Of a stretch of 64,000 nt of DNA, positions 9,065 to 19,198 are shown in pieces; position 1 is the first letter of the stretch, and each line of letters begins with the position of its first letter. Below the pieces are notes generated by a model, which was not told the origin of the DNA, did no database searches, and saw nothing but the letters and a program-made list of their open reading frames with translations. Source of the stretch: Candidatus Obscuribacteraceae bacterium (GTDB lineage: Bacteria; Cyanobacteriota; Vampirovibrionia; Obscuribacterales; Obscuribacteraceae); the NCBI GenBank assembly GCA_044226015.1, contig JBGAHS010000006.1, forward strand, positions 384,001 to 448,000, read 5' to 3'. The translations under genes were made by a program, and so were the position numbers.

Positions 9065-9917
9065 TCAATTGAAGAATCTAAAAGCTACCTCAACAGGATT
9101 CATCGCCTCCTGCCCTGCGCACGACGACAAAAAACCATCGCTATCTATTGATAGTAGAAACGGAAAGCTTTTAGTTTATTGCCACGCCGGATGTCCGCAA
9201 GATCGCGTGATGGAACTGCTGGATTCTGATGTAATCGGCAAGCACTTAGCGAACAAACCCGATTCCGCGATTGCGGACGAAAAGAAAAGAGAAGCCATTC
9301 GCCGGGTATGGGAGGAAGCGAAGCCAATCAAGACTTCGGATCTTGCCGCAACGTACTTGAGAAACCGAGGCATCAACCTCATGGAGTTTCCCGAATCGTT
9401 AAGATTTCATCCATCAGTAAAAGCCAAAGTAGATGAAGTGTTTATGTCATTTCCAGCGATGCTAGCTCGATTTGACGATAGCAACGGAGCAATGATTCAA
9501 GTTCATAGGACGCTCCTAAGCGCAGATGGCAGAAAGGCAAATATAGAATCTCCGAAGCGCATGATGAGTTCGCCGTCAGGCAACAACACCAGAGGCGGCG
9601 CCATAAGGCTGTTTCCCGCTGGTCGCCAATTGGGAATAGCAGAGGGAATTGAATCAGCCCTGGCGTGCAATTTAGCGACATCAATCCCAGTATGGAGCTG
9701 CTACTCAGCGACATGCATGGAATCCGTTGTCATTCCGGATGCGGTAGAAGAATTGTATGTGTTCGCCGATCACGATTCAGCAGGAACCAAAAGTGCGCGC
9801 GCAGTCGCCACTCGGTTAGCGAGGCAAAAGTTAAAGGTAAAAGTGTTAGTCCCGCCCACGCTTGGGCAGGATTGGCTCGATGTATGGAATGCTCACAATG
9901 ACATATCAAATGAATGA
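9054..9917 (+). CDS. Zn-finger/Toprim DNA primase (satellite/plasmid type)
   Basis: CPAHDD..PSLSI..CHAGC zinc finger, YLRNRGI, VHRTLL, IAEGIESAL, FADHD Toprim motifs. Confidence 0.88.
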   Translation: MQISQLKNLKATSTGFIASCPAHDDKKPSLSIDSRNGKLLVYCHAGCPQDRVMELLDSDVIGKHLANKPDSAIADEKKREAIRRVWEEAKPIKTSDLAATYLRNRGINLMEFPESLRFHPSVKAKVDEVFMSFPAMLARFDDSNGAMIQVHRTLLSADGRKANIESPKRMMSSPSGNNTRGGAIRLFPAGRQLGIAEGIESALACNLATSIPVWSCYSATCMESVVIPDAVEELYVFADHDSAGTKSARAVATRLARQKLKVKVLVPPTLGQDWLDVWNAHNDISNE

Positions 9918-11457
9918 GATCATGCAAGCGGTACATAGCACACCGTTTTTTGATCCTGACGCCAAAGACGAAAACAAAAACAAAAGCACAGAAAGATCTA
10001 ACAAAAAAGCAGGAGAGATTCTTATCGACTGCACCACGTCGTGGGAAACCTGGAGATGCCCCTTAGGAAAAAGCTTTGTGAGTTTTGAGGCGAATGGACA
10101 TATCGAGCACCACGGAGTGCGCGACAACACCACGGCGCTAAAGCTCCAGCTTGAATATTACAAGAGCACCGGAACTGCGGCGAAGAAGTCTAATATTGAT
10201 GAATGCCTGGACAATCTCGAAGCTAAAGCGCTATTTGAAAACAGAGTTTATAGGACTGCGATTAGAGTCGCAGAATGGGAAGGCTCGATATATCATGACC
10301 TGGGCAACGACAAATGGGAAGCGATTAAAATAACTGCAGACGGTTATAACCTCGTTGATTCAAAGGAATTATCACAAACAGGATTTCGCTTTTTGCGCAA
10401 GCAGGCAATGCTTCCTCTGCCCTATCCACAAGAAGCGAGTACAAATCTGCAAGAGCTTTTTGCCATCTGCGGAATTCAAGATCAAGCAAATCAAATCCTG
10501 TTGAGTGGAATTCTAATTCAAGGTATCAATCCGAACGGACCGTATCCAATTTGCGTGATCCGAGGTACACAAGGGACGGGTAAATCGACTTTATCACGAA
10601 TGATTCGCCGTATTATTGATCCGAATCAAGCGGAAATCCGCTCTCTACCAAATGAAGAAGATCACTTTGGAATTCAATGCGAAAACAGTCATTTTTCTGT
10701 GTTCGACAACGTAAGTACACAGGACCTTCCGAGATGGTTTTATGATACGTGCTGCCGCCTAGCCACAGGCGCTGGTGCTAGCAAGCGCGCACTGTATAAA
10801 AATAACGACGAGGTTATCCGCAACATCTGTCGCCCTCTACTGATAAACGGAATAGATGATATGGTTGCCAGAGGCGACTTTCTAGAACGCGCCGTCATCA
10901 TCGAACTCAAACCTATTGATCCAGGTCGAAGAAAAACTCAAAGAGAAATCGAGGAAGCATTCGGAGAAGCTCATCCTCGGCTTTTGGGCGCTTTGTATCA
11001 TTTAACCTCCAGTGCACTCGCCAACAGAAATAAAGTCAGACTGAAAGAACTTCCAAGAATGGCTGACTTCTGCCAATGGATAACTGCATGTGAAGACGCC
11101 CTTCAATGGGAGCCAGGAACATTTGCAAGGACTTTGAAAGCGAACAGCCTGGATATGAATGACCTGGCGCTTGAATCATCTTCATTGGGATCTGCAATTA
11201 GGAAGGCTCTGCCTCTCGGAATTGAATCAACGAAAGATGCGGATCTCGAATACAAGAGCGCCAATGAAATTTTGAAAGTGCTAAGTAGATATAATGAAGA
11301 TCCAAACGACAGGACATTTCCTAAAACAGGCGCTGCTTTAAGCCGTCAGCTTAAAAGACTCGTTCCGCTGTTGAACCACGAGGGTTATGAGGTCGAGTTT
11401 CATAGAAAAGAGACAAATCTCAGACCTTTATCTATCCGGAGGATGAAGACCGAGTAG
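9910..11457 (+). CDS. P-loop ATPase, SF3-like replicative helicase
   Basis: Walker A GTQGTGKS, Walker B SVFDNV, RALY, LINGI, DFLERA; coupled to the primase. Confidence 0.8.
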   Translation: MNEIMQAVHSTPFFDPDAKDENKNKSTERSNKKAGEILIDCTTSWETWRCPLGKSFVSFEANGHIEHHGVRDNTTALKLQLEYYKSTGTAAKKSNIDECLDNLEAKALFENRVYRTAIRVAEWEGSIYHDLGNDKWEAIKITADGYNLVDSKELSQTGFRFLRKQAMLPLPYPQEASTNLQELFAICGIQDQANQILLSGILIQGINPNGPYPICVIRGTQGTGKSTLSRMIRRIIDPNQAEIRSLPNEEDHFGIQCENSHFSVFDNVSTQDLPRWFYDTCCRLATGAGASKRALYKNNDEVIRNICRPLLINGIDDMVARGDFLERAVIIELKPIDPGRRKTQREIEEAFGEAHPRLLGALYHLTSSALANRNKVRLKELPRMADFCQWITACEDALQWEPGTFARTLKANSLDMNDLALESSSLGSAIRKALPLGIESTKDADLEYKSANEILKVLSRYNEDPNDRTFPKTGAALSRQLKRLVPLLNHEGYEVEFHRKETNLRPLSIRRMKTE

Positions 11458-11461
11458 GCGT

Positions 11462-12160
11462 CTATCTTGGTTCGAGAACGGATCGGACTCTTTCGTAGGC
11501 ACGATCAACGTCCAAAGACTCCAACGAGATCATCAGCTTAAAATCAGGAGACTTTAATAGCTCAGCAAGGCTCTCAATAATATGAGCAGAATCATTTTCC
11601 TGGGCAAGAGCAAGCAATTTCAATAAAACTGCGAGGCACTTTGTGAATACTCCATTAATTGAATTTTTTACCTCCTGCTCCACGCTTGCAAAATATGTAC
11701 GCAAATCAGAAGCTATGAAATGTTCTGCCTCTCTTGATTGTCTTCCGCGCTTAGTAGGTACACGATCAAGGGCTAATTCGCAGATCCTATTGGTTGTAAT
11801 CAATAACTCCTCTGTATGATCCAATAGGCACCGCCCTTGGTGCCAGTCTGGTATTAGAATATCCATTATCGAACTTTCTAAAATGGTGCGACTTGAAGGA
11901 CTCAGTTCCTGTAAAGAATTTAGCGCAGCTTCAATGGATTTACTGAGAATCGCAAGTTGCTTTCTGCTCTCGTTTACTGTACCAATCTCCGCAGCCTTTA
12001 TGAACATACCTGCAAGGACTTTCGGTAGGTCGCGGCGTTGTGCTTCTGTGAGAAGCAAACCACAATCAGTAGCCCAAACGCCAGCCACAATGCCGAACAA
12101 TTCTTCGATATCGCCTCCATATATTTCTAAGATCCATTCAGTTGGAGGCAAATTTGCCAT
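11462..12160 (-). CDS. Hypothetical protein
   Basis: 232-aa ORF inside the element; KRGRQ basic patch; no family recognised. Confidence 0.6.
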   Translation of the reverse strand: MANLPPTEWILEIYGGDIEELFGIVAGVWATDCGLLLTEAQRRDLPKVLAGMFIKAAEIGTVNESRKQLAILSKSIEAALNSLQELSPSSRTILESSIMDILIPDWHQGRCLLDHTEELLITTNRICELALDRVPTKRGRQSREAEHFIASDLRTYFASVEQEVKNSINGVFTKCLAVLLKLLALAQENDSAHIIESLAELLKSPDFKLMISLESLDVDRAYERVRSVLEPR

Positions 12161-12288
12161 AAGCTTTGCGGTTCCTGCGCGTAGAGATTATCAAGAAATG
12201 CGTAATGTAAAACGCCACTTGAGGAAGTATTGTTTTAGCACTTTTTTGCGTGTTTTATCAACAATAAGCGCCAGTAACAGGAGGGATT

Positions 12289-12498
12289 ATGGAAAGAAAT
12301 TCAAAGAAGCTTCTGACCGAAATTGAGGTGGAAATCACGTATGGAATCACGCGCCATTGGTTGCGAAGAAAACGAGTGGAAGGCGGCGGACCAGAATTCT
12401 TCAAGATCGGAAGGAATGTCCGTTACTCAGCCGAAAAAATCGAAGCTTTCATATCTGGAAGCCAGCAAAGCTCAACAAGCGCATTTTCTCAGCGCTAG
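12289..12498 (+). CDS. AlpA/excisionase-like HTH protein
   Basis: LLTEIEVEITYGITRHWLRRKRVEGGGPEFFKIGRNVRY; ggagg RBS; convergent with the integrase. Confidence 0.85.
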   Translation: MERNSKKLLTEIEVEITYGITRHWLRRKRVEGGGPEFFKIGRNVRYSAEKIEAFISGSQQSSTSAFSQR

Positions 12499-13799
12499 CA
12501 TTCTGATGTTTCAACTTTCGAAAGAATGAAATTAGTGATCCTTTCCATCGGTACTCTGAGTCGCTCGATGTCAGAGACTATATAACCAGCCGTGACATCA
12601 TTGCTAGTACTATGATTCAAAAGACGCTTAAGAGGATATCCCTGAATATCGAGAGCTTCAGCAACAGTAGCAAACGTCCGGCGAAGGTCATGGCAAGTAA
12701 ATTCAATACCAGTCTTTCTCGTAACCTCCATCATGGGTTTTCTTGGATCAACCAGATGACCTGATGCGCCATCGCCCGGAAAGACGAACGTTGATGAGCT
12801 TTCCTTCTTAATTTCAAGAAGGAAATTCGAAACATGAGGGGTAAGAGGTAGCGTATGGACAGAGCCATTCTTGGTGTCAGTTACTGTAAGCGTGGCTGAC
12901 TTAAAATCAATATCTTTCCATTGAAGCGCCGAAGCCTCTTCTTTGCGTAGCCCAGTAAACAAAAGCAACTTCAAATAATTTCTCACTATCATATTCTCAA
13001 GCGTCTCTACGGCATCATGCCATGGCTTCAGCTCATGAGCCTTCAGTACAGTCTGCCTTCGAGGAATTTTATTCCAAGCCTTGATTTGAGATATTCTGCT
13101 AACGGGGTTGATGCTGATTTGCAAATCCGAATCATCAAATTTATGTTGAGCGTAATTAAATAACGCACGCAAGATGCGCATGACTTGATTTGCTTGTGCC
13201 TTCCCATTCCAATCACTACTTCGTCTTTTAAGTCCTGTATTGCCAAGATCCTTGAAGCGTCGCTCAATCATATCTTTGGAAATCTCAGTTATTGGTCGGT
13301 CCATCCAATCAGACACGCAACGATTTAGAATCTTCAGATATCCACGTTTCGTCGATTCCTTGAGGCTTGAGCGATCTGCAAGGTAGTTTTCCAAAACGAA
13401 ACGGAGAGTCGCAGATCTCCGAGACTGAACTATTCTTTCCTGCCGCAACGATTCTTTAGCGACTGCATTTGGGTCAATTCCTTTTGCGAAATCCCCGAGA
13501 GTTCTTAATGCGAGTTCTCTCGCTTGATGGTGGGTGATGCTGCCCAACTTGCCCAGGCTGACCCGAATTACCTTACGACTCCCTTTGATACGTCCCTGTT
13601 GAAAAAACATCGCACCAGTAGGAGTGACACGTACCCCAAACCCTGACGGTTCACCTAAAAAGTGATAACCAGGCTGGGAGAGCAGCGCATCAATTGTCTT
13701 TTTTGTGATCTTGGGCATGACTGGAGTATCCATGAAACTTACACTCATATGATACTCCATTTTCGGATAAGTCTTGCCTTGTTTCACTAAAACATGCAC
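12495..13799 (-). CDS. int: P4-like tyrosine integrase with N-terminal arm-binding domain (true start probably 13718-13733)
   Basis: GFGVRVTPTG arm domain; catalytic FTGLRKEE, TKNG, HDLRRT, LLNH, TAGY; adjacent to att. Confidence 0.95.
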   Translation of the reverse strand: MHVLVKQGKTYPKMEYHMSVSFMDTPVMPKITKKTIDALLSQPGYHFLGEPSGFGVRVTPTGAMFFQQGRIKGSRKVIRVSLGKLGSITHHQARELALRTLGDFAKGIDPNAVAKESLRQERIVQSRRSATLRFVLENYLADRSSLKESTKRGYLKILNRCVSDWMDRPITEISKDMIERRFKDLGNTGLKRRSSDWNGKAQANQVMRILRALFNYAQHKFDDSDLQISINPVSRISQIKAWNKIPRRQTVLKAHELKPWHDAVETLENMIVRNYLKLLLFTGLRKEEASALQWKDIDFKSATLTVTDTKNGSVHTLPLTPHVSNFLLEIKKESSSTFVFPGDGASGHLVDPRKPMMEVTRKTGIEFTCHDLRRTFATVAEALDIQGYPLKRLLNHSTSNDVTAGYIVSDIERLRVPMERITNFILSKVETSEC

Positions 13800-13838
13800 A
13801 ATTCAATCCATCCGCATAAGCTTACCCTTGCAGGCTTT

Positions 13839-13878
13839 ACCGAATCTTGCCAAAACCGACCAGACTTCACCAAATCTT
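13839..13878 (+). repeat. Four 10-bp phased imperfect repeats next to attR
   Basis: accgaatctt-gccaaaaccg-accagacttc-accaaatctt. Confidence 0.5.
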
Positions 13879-13899
13879 AGAATCAACGTTGCCCATATA

Positions 13900-13945
13900 A
13901 CTGTTAATCACTTGGTCGCTGGTTCGAATCCAGCCTCGGGAGCCA
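13900..13945 (+). repeat. attR: displaced tRNA-Asn 3' fragment ending in CCA
   Basis: 43-bp identity with 3867-3909, then CCA; no tRNA 5' half. Confidence 0.95.
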
Positions 13946-14091
13946 TTTTTCAGCGATTGGTTAATCGCAAAATCGAATAAAGTGACCTATAGATGACCGC
14001 CGAATATAAATTGGTGGTTTTTCTTTTTGCTGCTTTTAACGCGGAATGAATTCTGCCGATTTATGTTCGTCATGATGCCCCTTTCTTTCTC

Positions 14092-15114
14092 TCAATTTGT
14101 GTGAGGCTGCGAGCAGAACATTTGGTAGTATTCGGCCCACTTTGACTTTGTCATTTGCCAATCCGAATAAATGCAAATTCCTTGGTAACAATTAGGCGGC
14201 TTTTCACCAAGTCCAGCGTTGATCCCGCGCAGTGAATGAAATAGGTTTTCCGTATTTGGGTCATGATATCCAGCACCTGCATCATCATATGCTGGCAGAC
14301 CCAGCAGCACCTGCTTCGGGCTGTACCAGGCTAGAACATCATGTGTCCAATCTTTCATTTGTTGCTCGTACAGACCTGGAGAACGCAGTGATGTGTCATA
14401 CATCATTACTACTGCTTGATCGATAAGAGCAGCAACACTGCGTGAGTAGGATTCATCCCAGTGCACATCAGCATTCTGCTGCCAGAAAGTTGGTGGTGGG
14501 TACGCTGCAATAGATATTAGCTTACCTTCTGGTATCTGATTTCGAAGTTCTTGCAGCAGCAGCAAATAATCATTATTTCCTGAGCGTAGCGGTTCAATAT
14601 TTACGTGAATGCCAGCCAATCTTGGATGTTTTTCTAAAATACTTGCACATGACTTTGCAAATGCTTTTCTCCAGCGGTCATCATGCAAAAAAACGGTTTG
14701 CTTGTTCACACCACCGACCCAAGGCATTACTTGAAATCCCTGGAAGTTGTCTAAGAATCGTTCAACTTGAGTATCGTTGGAACAGGCAATCTGTCCAGCT
14801 TTAGCAGCGGGGCAAAGATGTGGAAACACATACTTTATGTGCGCATTTCTCAGTCGATCAGATGTTTCCTTCAACATATCTGCATCACGAAATGTTCTTG
14901 ACTCTTTTTTGTTTTCTATAAACCATGTATCGTCCCCCAGCCACCCATGTTGCATCCAGAGTCCATTAGCCATGCGGTCATACCGCCCGTCACGAACATC
15001 AAGTCCAGGTGACCAGAAGAAATAAACCAATGAAGCCAGAATCGCCAAAACACACAGTAACACACAGTGAGTTAACCAATTTTGAAAGTATTTTCTGCTT
15101 GTATCGGTGTGCAC
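14092..15114 (-). CDS. Membrane-anchored glycoside hydrolase family 18-like protein
   Basis: GIHVNIEP variant of DxDxE, VMMYD, LLGLPAY; N-terminal TM; GTG at 15114 with GGAGG RBS. Confidence 0.65.
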   Translation of the reverse strand: MHTDTSRKYFQNWLTHCVLLCVLAILASLVYFFWSPGLDVRDGRYDRMANGLWMQHGWLGDDTWFIENKKESRTFRDADMLKETSDRLRNAHIKYVFPHLCPAAKAGQIACSNDTQVERFLDNFQGFQVMPWVGGVNKQTVFLHDDRWRKAFAKSCASILEKHPRLAGIHVNIEPLRSGNNDYLLLLQELRNQIPEGKLISIAAYPPPTFWQQNADVHWDESYSRSVAALIDQAVVMMYDTSLRSPGLYEQQMKDWTHDVLAWYSPKQVLLGLPAYDDAGAGYHDPNTENLFHSLRGINAGLGEKPPNCYQGICIYSDWQMTKSKWAEYYQMFCSQPHTN

Positions 15115-15445
15115 TGCGAATGCCCCTCCCAACCGCCATATTACTATTATTCTCGAATGAAAGCGTGCCGGTACATGAAATGCCAATGGTAATCTCTTCG
15201 AGCCAATCATCACCAGAGCGTGAGCGAGCATTACCAGAGAGTTGTACGAAGGACAACCGATAGGTAATGCAGATATCGTGTTGAGTGTCAATAGCCCAAG
15301 ATCGGGGACAGCAGAGGCACGCGACGTTTTTCATCGTCAGTTGCCTTCCATACGCAATCAGCGCTATTGTTTCTAGAGGTGATCCCAATGCGGCCGCGAG
15401 CGCTGATCCCTCCTAGAAGGAATTAAGCGCCAAGCTCCACTCAGC

Positions 15446-16394
15446 TCAAGCGGAGACTATGTCGTCGCGGAAAGGCGTTCCAGACTTAAGTACGCCAAAT
15501 ATAATGTGCAAAAGCTTTCTCATAGAGGCTCCAACGGCCTTCATTGGAACCTTTCCATTCGCGATTAGGTTTCGATAAAATCGCGCAATGACGGGATTGT
15601 GATCTTTGCCACTATCGCCGGCAGAAGAAAGAGTGCTGAACGCAATCAGCATTTCCTGTTTTTGGATAGTCGAGTTCGTCCACGGATGGAGCTGCCAGAT
15701 CTGATTTCGCTGGGGCTGAACCTGCAAATGCCACCAGTTGTTTGGCATTCTCAAACAATTCAGTGAAGGAACTTCAGTGAGAATCACGTTTGCTGTTTCC
15801 TCACCAACTGCTGGAATAGACATGATCGGTTTCCGCTTCTGCTGCAGGTCGGATGCTTTTTGTAAAGCCTTTCAATTTGTCTTCAATTCGACCGATTTCT
15901 AGATCAGCACTTGAGGATGCGGTTCACCGAATCCATGTCAGCATGGTTTGCTTTCTCTGTTGATAAGCGGTTCTCTCCGCAACCCCTGAGCGCGTTAGAT
16001 CGTAGAGCGCCTCACCAGCATTTGTAATTGACGCACTTCGGGAGCTGGTGGGTGCCGCAGCTTTAGTTCATTGTTTAGCGCCGTCTGAGTACCCCAGCAT
16101 CGACTTTGTCTGTTTTGGTTCCTTCCAGCTCCTCTGAGCAAATCGCCTGATACCGTCAAGTTCGGCAGCTAACAGACTCGCCTGCCAGTGAAAGAGAAAA
16201 ATCAGCGAGGTCATATAATACGCACCCGGTGGCTTCCTGCAGAACAATGCGTTCTCAACTCCGATTTTTTGCAACCAGCGCAAGCCCTGGAAGCCTTTTT
16301 CGGTTTGTGAAACTGATGGTGTTTCTCTTTCCCTGTCACCTCCACGACGCTCGAAATCTTTCGAGATGTCGATTCCAACAAAACAGTCGAACAT
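15446..16394 (-). pseudogene. IS110 DEDD transposase, frameshifted as assembled
   Basis: GIDISKD; C-terminal HNPVIARFY..MRKLLHIIFGVLK spread over several frames. Confidence 0.8.
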
Positions 16395-16439
16395 GCAATC
16401 CCTCTTCATTCTGATTTTCTAGTTATAAGACGCATGGTA

Positions 16440-16600
16440 ATGCCTGACTTGGTCAACCTACTAGTCAGACTCTCACTCAAAGTGGGTCTTAGATATCGTC
16501 CGACCTGCATATCAGGATAGGGAAGGCAAACAAATCTGCCATTACAGGATCAAGTCCTAAAGATAAACACTGTTTTGCCTTCCCCCTACCTCAGCGTCCC
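16440..16600 (-). ncRNA. Putative IS110 bridge RNA, copy 1
   Basis: Target-binding-loop stem 16521-16583 with guides TGTTTATCT and GGCAG; donor guide ACGATATCT at 16491-16499. Confidence 0.75.
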
Positions 16601-16897
16601 GAAGTAGAGCTTGATCAGCCGGAGTTCCAGTGTCAAGCCATCGTTATCGAAGATAGCAAGATAAAAGGTCTCTCCTCGTACCTCGAATGCTACTACTGAC
16701 CGGGCTCTATAGAGGAGATTGACAGGGCTCGCCAGTCGAAATCCACTGCAAAAGACCATATATGCATCCAAGCTCTACATCTAAAGAGGAGAACAAATCT
16801 GCTGGATAAGATCTAGGGTGAACGGACTAGATGAGGTTCTTCTTCCAGTAGTTGGAGCCACAATGCTGTGCAGATTTCGCGTATGCGATAATGTCCA

Positions 16898-19198
16898 TTG
16901 CTAGTCCGCTCAGCTATATTGACGCTTCAGTGTATGTTTAAGATCTATCCAAAAGAAGAGACAATAATTCGAATCTGCGCGTGCCTTCTTTTGGCTTTAG
17001 GCAGTTCCGTTTTCTCGGTCTTTCTCGCGCCAGGTTATGGCAATGTGATTTTTATTGAAGGGGGGCCAAGCGGGAAAGAGCACGGAGAAATTATAATCAA
17101 GGACGACTCGGATAGAGCAACGTTAAAGGACTGGGGACCGACACTGAGAAGGTTGCAGCTTATCGGAGACCTCAACGATAATGACTACGACATCTTAATA
17201 AAAATGCCATTTCTCAAGAATCTCTGGCTGGGTGATTCGAAGCTAACTTGCGCAAGGCTTGAACGCCTGAACAACTGCATGCAGCTGGAAGAGCTTGAAT
17301 TAGCCAATCCAAATTTGAAAAATGATTCTATGGACGGAATGAGACCGTTGACCAGAATACGGGAACTGGGCTTGATAGATTGCCAGGATTTGCTGAATAA
17401 GCAAGGTAAGCTGAATCTTCATCCGTTTCCAAGCATATTGAGCCTGAGAGTCTCGGCACATGGAGACGACTTTAGCTGTGATAGCTTGTTATCTCACAAG
17501 GATACCTTAGAGAAGTTCTGGGTTATGTGGACCGTGAAAAATCCACAATCACTCGGAAAGATGCGCAAACTAAACGATCTAACGCTGTGGTTTCATCGAT
17601 TTGATGTAGAAACCAACCACGCCATAAGGTCGCTAGGACAGCTGAAGACGCTGGTGCTATGTGCAAACGGACTCAGCACCGATAGTTACGAAAGTATAGG
17701 AACACTTTCGAATCTGAAAAGACTGGAGCTGAATAATGAAAGATTGACTGGGAAAGAGTTTCAATCAATTGGAAGGCTAAGAAATCTTGAGTACATCAAT
17801 CTAGACAATGGCTCTTATGTTGATAGTGATTTTCAAAAATTGAGTGGTCTCAAAAAGCTCAGGGAGCTGACATGCCGGGGACCGATCAACGGTACAGGGT
17901 TAGCAGCTTTTACGAATACGAAAATCGAGAAGCTAGATATATCAGGCGAGAAGCTCACGTCAAGCGGATTTGCAGCTATATGTGGCTTGAGTAATTTGCA
18001 AAAGCTGACTATTTGTCCTTGCAAAAGTCAGCCGGAATGGTCCAACGTGCTTGCAAACCTTTCGCAGCTACAAGAATTCAACGTTGCTTGTCCTGCCACT
18101 GGTGCCGATTCATGGGCCAGAGCTCTAGCGCAATCAAGCAATCTTGAGAGTGTAAATTTATCAAATAGTGACTTTTCTGATGAAGGGATTAGATTCCTTC
18201 TGAGCTTGCCTCATTTGGAAAAACTGAATATTGGAAATACAAGGGTAACGGATAGAGGGCTGGACATGTTGAAAAATATGCAGCAACTTCAAGATCTGAC
18301 AGTTAGTCACTGTAAAATTTCTGATGCTGGAATGAAGTCGATTGGTGCACTGGCCGGATTGAGGCAATTACATTTGGAATATACGCCAATTACCGATGAA
18401 GGATTGGGATACCTGGTGCCATTGTCTAATCTTGAATCGCTGCAACTTGATGGAACAGAGATAACTGGGATGGGACTCGAACATGTTGCCAAACTTCCAG
18501 CTCTCCGAAAGTTAAATCTAAGAGAATCAACAGTTCGCAGCGATTCAATCTCATTCCTTGTGGGGACGGGCATTGAATCCCTCGATATCAGCCATACTGA
18601 AATTAGTGAACATGCATTACCATCGTTAAGATCTCTTGCTAAGCTGAAAAATCTTCAGATGGACGGCTGCGGATTCATGACCAAGGAATCAATTCCGGCG
18701 CAACCGCAAGGTTACGTGATCCGGTTTCCAGCTGCACCGGCTAACATTGCACATCCTCAATATTGTGCACCGGCTTCACCAGCGATAAGCAGAGACCAGT
18801 TGTTGAATGATTTGAACAAACTGAACGCAGATTTGGATGCGCGCCTACATCCAGGCATATATATTTGCAGCAACATTGCACGTGGCTGGACAGAATCGAT
18901 TTTCGAACTATACAATCGGCGGGCCTTTGTGCACAATGCACTCAAGAATTTTGATAAAGCCTTGGCCGATGCAAATGCAGCGGTCCGATTGAATCGGCTT
19001 TCTGTTGCGGCGCGCAACAACAGAGCGTTAGCATACCTCAGATTGGGTCAATACGAAAATGCCTTGCTCGATCTTGACCGTGCTCTGGAAATCGATCCGA
19101 AGTGTGGGGAGTCATGTACGCTGCGTAACGAAGTCTTAGATAAATTGAACCAGAAAGGCATGACCGATCGCTTGGAAGACAGATCACATATCAATTGA
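16898..19198 (+). CDS. Leucine-rich-repeat protein with C-terminal TPRs
   Basis: Many LxxLxL..T.ITD.GL repeats; TPRs YNRRAFVH..A, RNNRALAY..LGQYENA; start uncertain. Confidence 0.9.
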   Translation: MLVRSAILTLQCMFKIYPKEETIIRICACLLLALGSSVFSVFLAPGYGNVIFIEGGPSGKEHGEIIIKDDSDRATLKDWGPTLRRLQLIGDLNDNDYDILIKMPFLKNLWLGDSKLTCARLERLNNCMQLEELELANPNLKNDSMDGMRPLTRIRELGLIDCQDLLNKQGKLNLHPFPSILSLRVSAHGDDFSCDSLLSHKDTLEKFWVMWTVKNPQSLGKMRKLNDLTLWFHRFDVETNHAIRSLGQLKTLVLCANGLSTDSYESIGTLSNLKRLELNNERLTGKEFQSIGRLRNLEYINLDNGSYVDSDFQKLSGLKKLRELTCRGPINGTGLAAFTNTKIEKLDISGEKLTSSGFAAICGLSNLQKLTICPCKSQPEWSNVLANLSQLQEFNVACPATGADSWARALAQSSNLESVNLSNSDFSDEGIRFLLSLPHLEKLNIGNTRVTDRGLDMLKNMQQLQDLTVSHCKISDAGMKSIGALAGLRQLHLEYTPITDEGLGYLVPLSNLESLQLDGTEITGMGLEHVAKLPALRKLNLRESTVRSDSISFLVGTGIESLDISHTEISEHALPSLRSLAKLKNLQMDGCGFMTKESIPAQPQGYVIRFPAAPANIAHPQYCAPASPAISRDQLLNDLNKLNADLDARLHPGIYICSNIARGWTESIFELYNRRAFVHNALKNFDKALADANAAVRLNRLSVAARNNRALAYLRLGQYENALLDLDRALEIDPKCGESCTLRNEVLDKLNQKGMTDRLEDRSHIN

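Larger units (their letters stand above)
15271..16660 (-). mobile_element. IS110-family insertion sequence, copy 1
   Basis: Transposase fragments, CT core at both ends, right end TTGACACTCAACACGATATCT, no terminal IRs; homologous to 19230-20641. Confidence 0.92.

Noticed and set aside
13900..13945. Second tRNA-Asn gene
   Set aside because: Only the anticodon loop to the 3' end is present; this is attR.
14999..15388. ORFs 14999-15388 and 19048-19392 sharing a peptide
   Set aside because: The shared part is the non-coding IS110 right end read into different flanks.
16661..16667. TTTAT shared beyond the left core as part of the IS110 end
   Set aside because: It matches the target guide, so it is better explained as target sequence; the boundary was set at the CT core.
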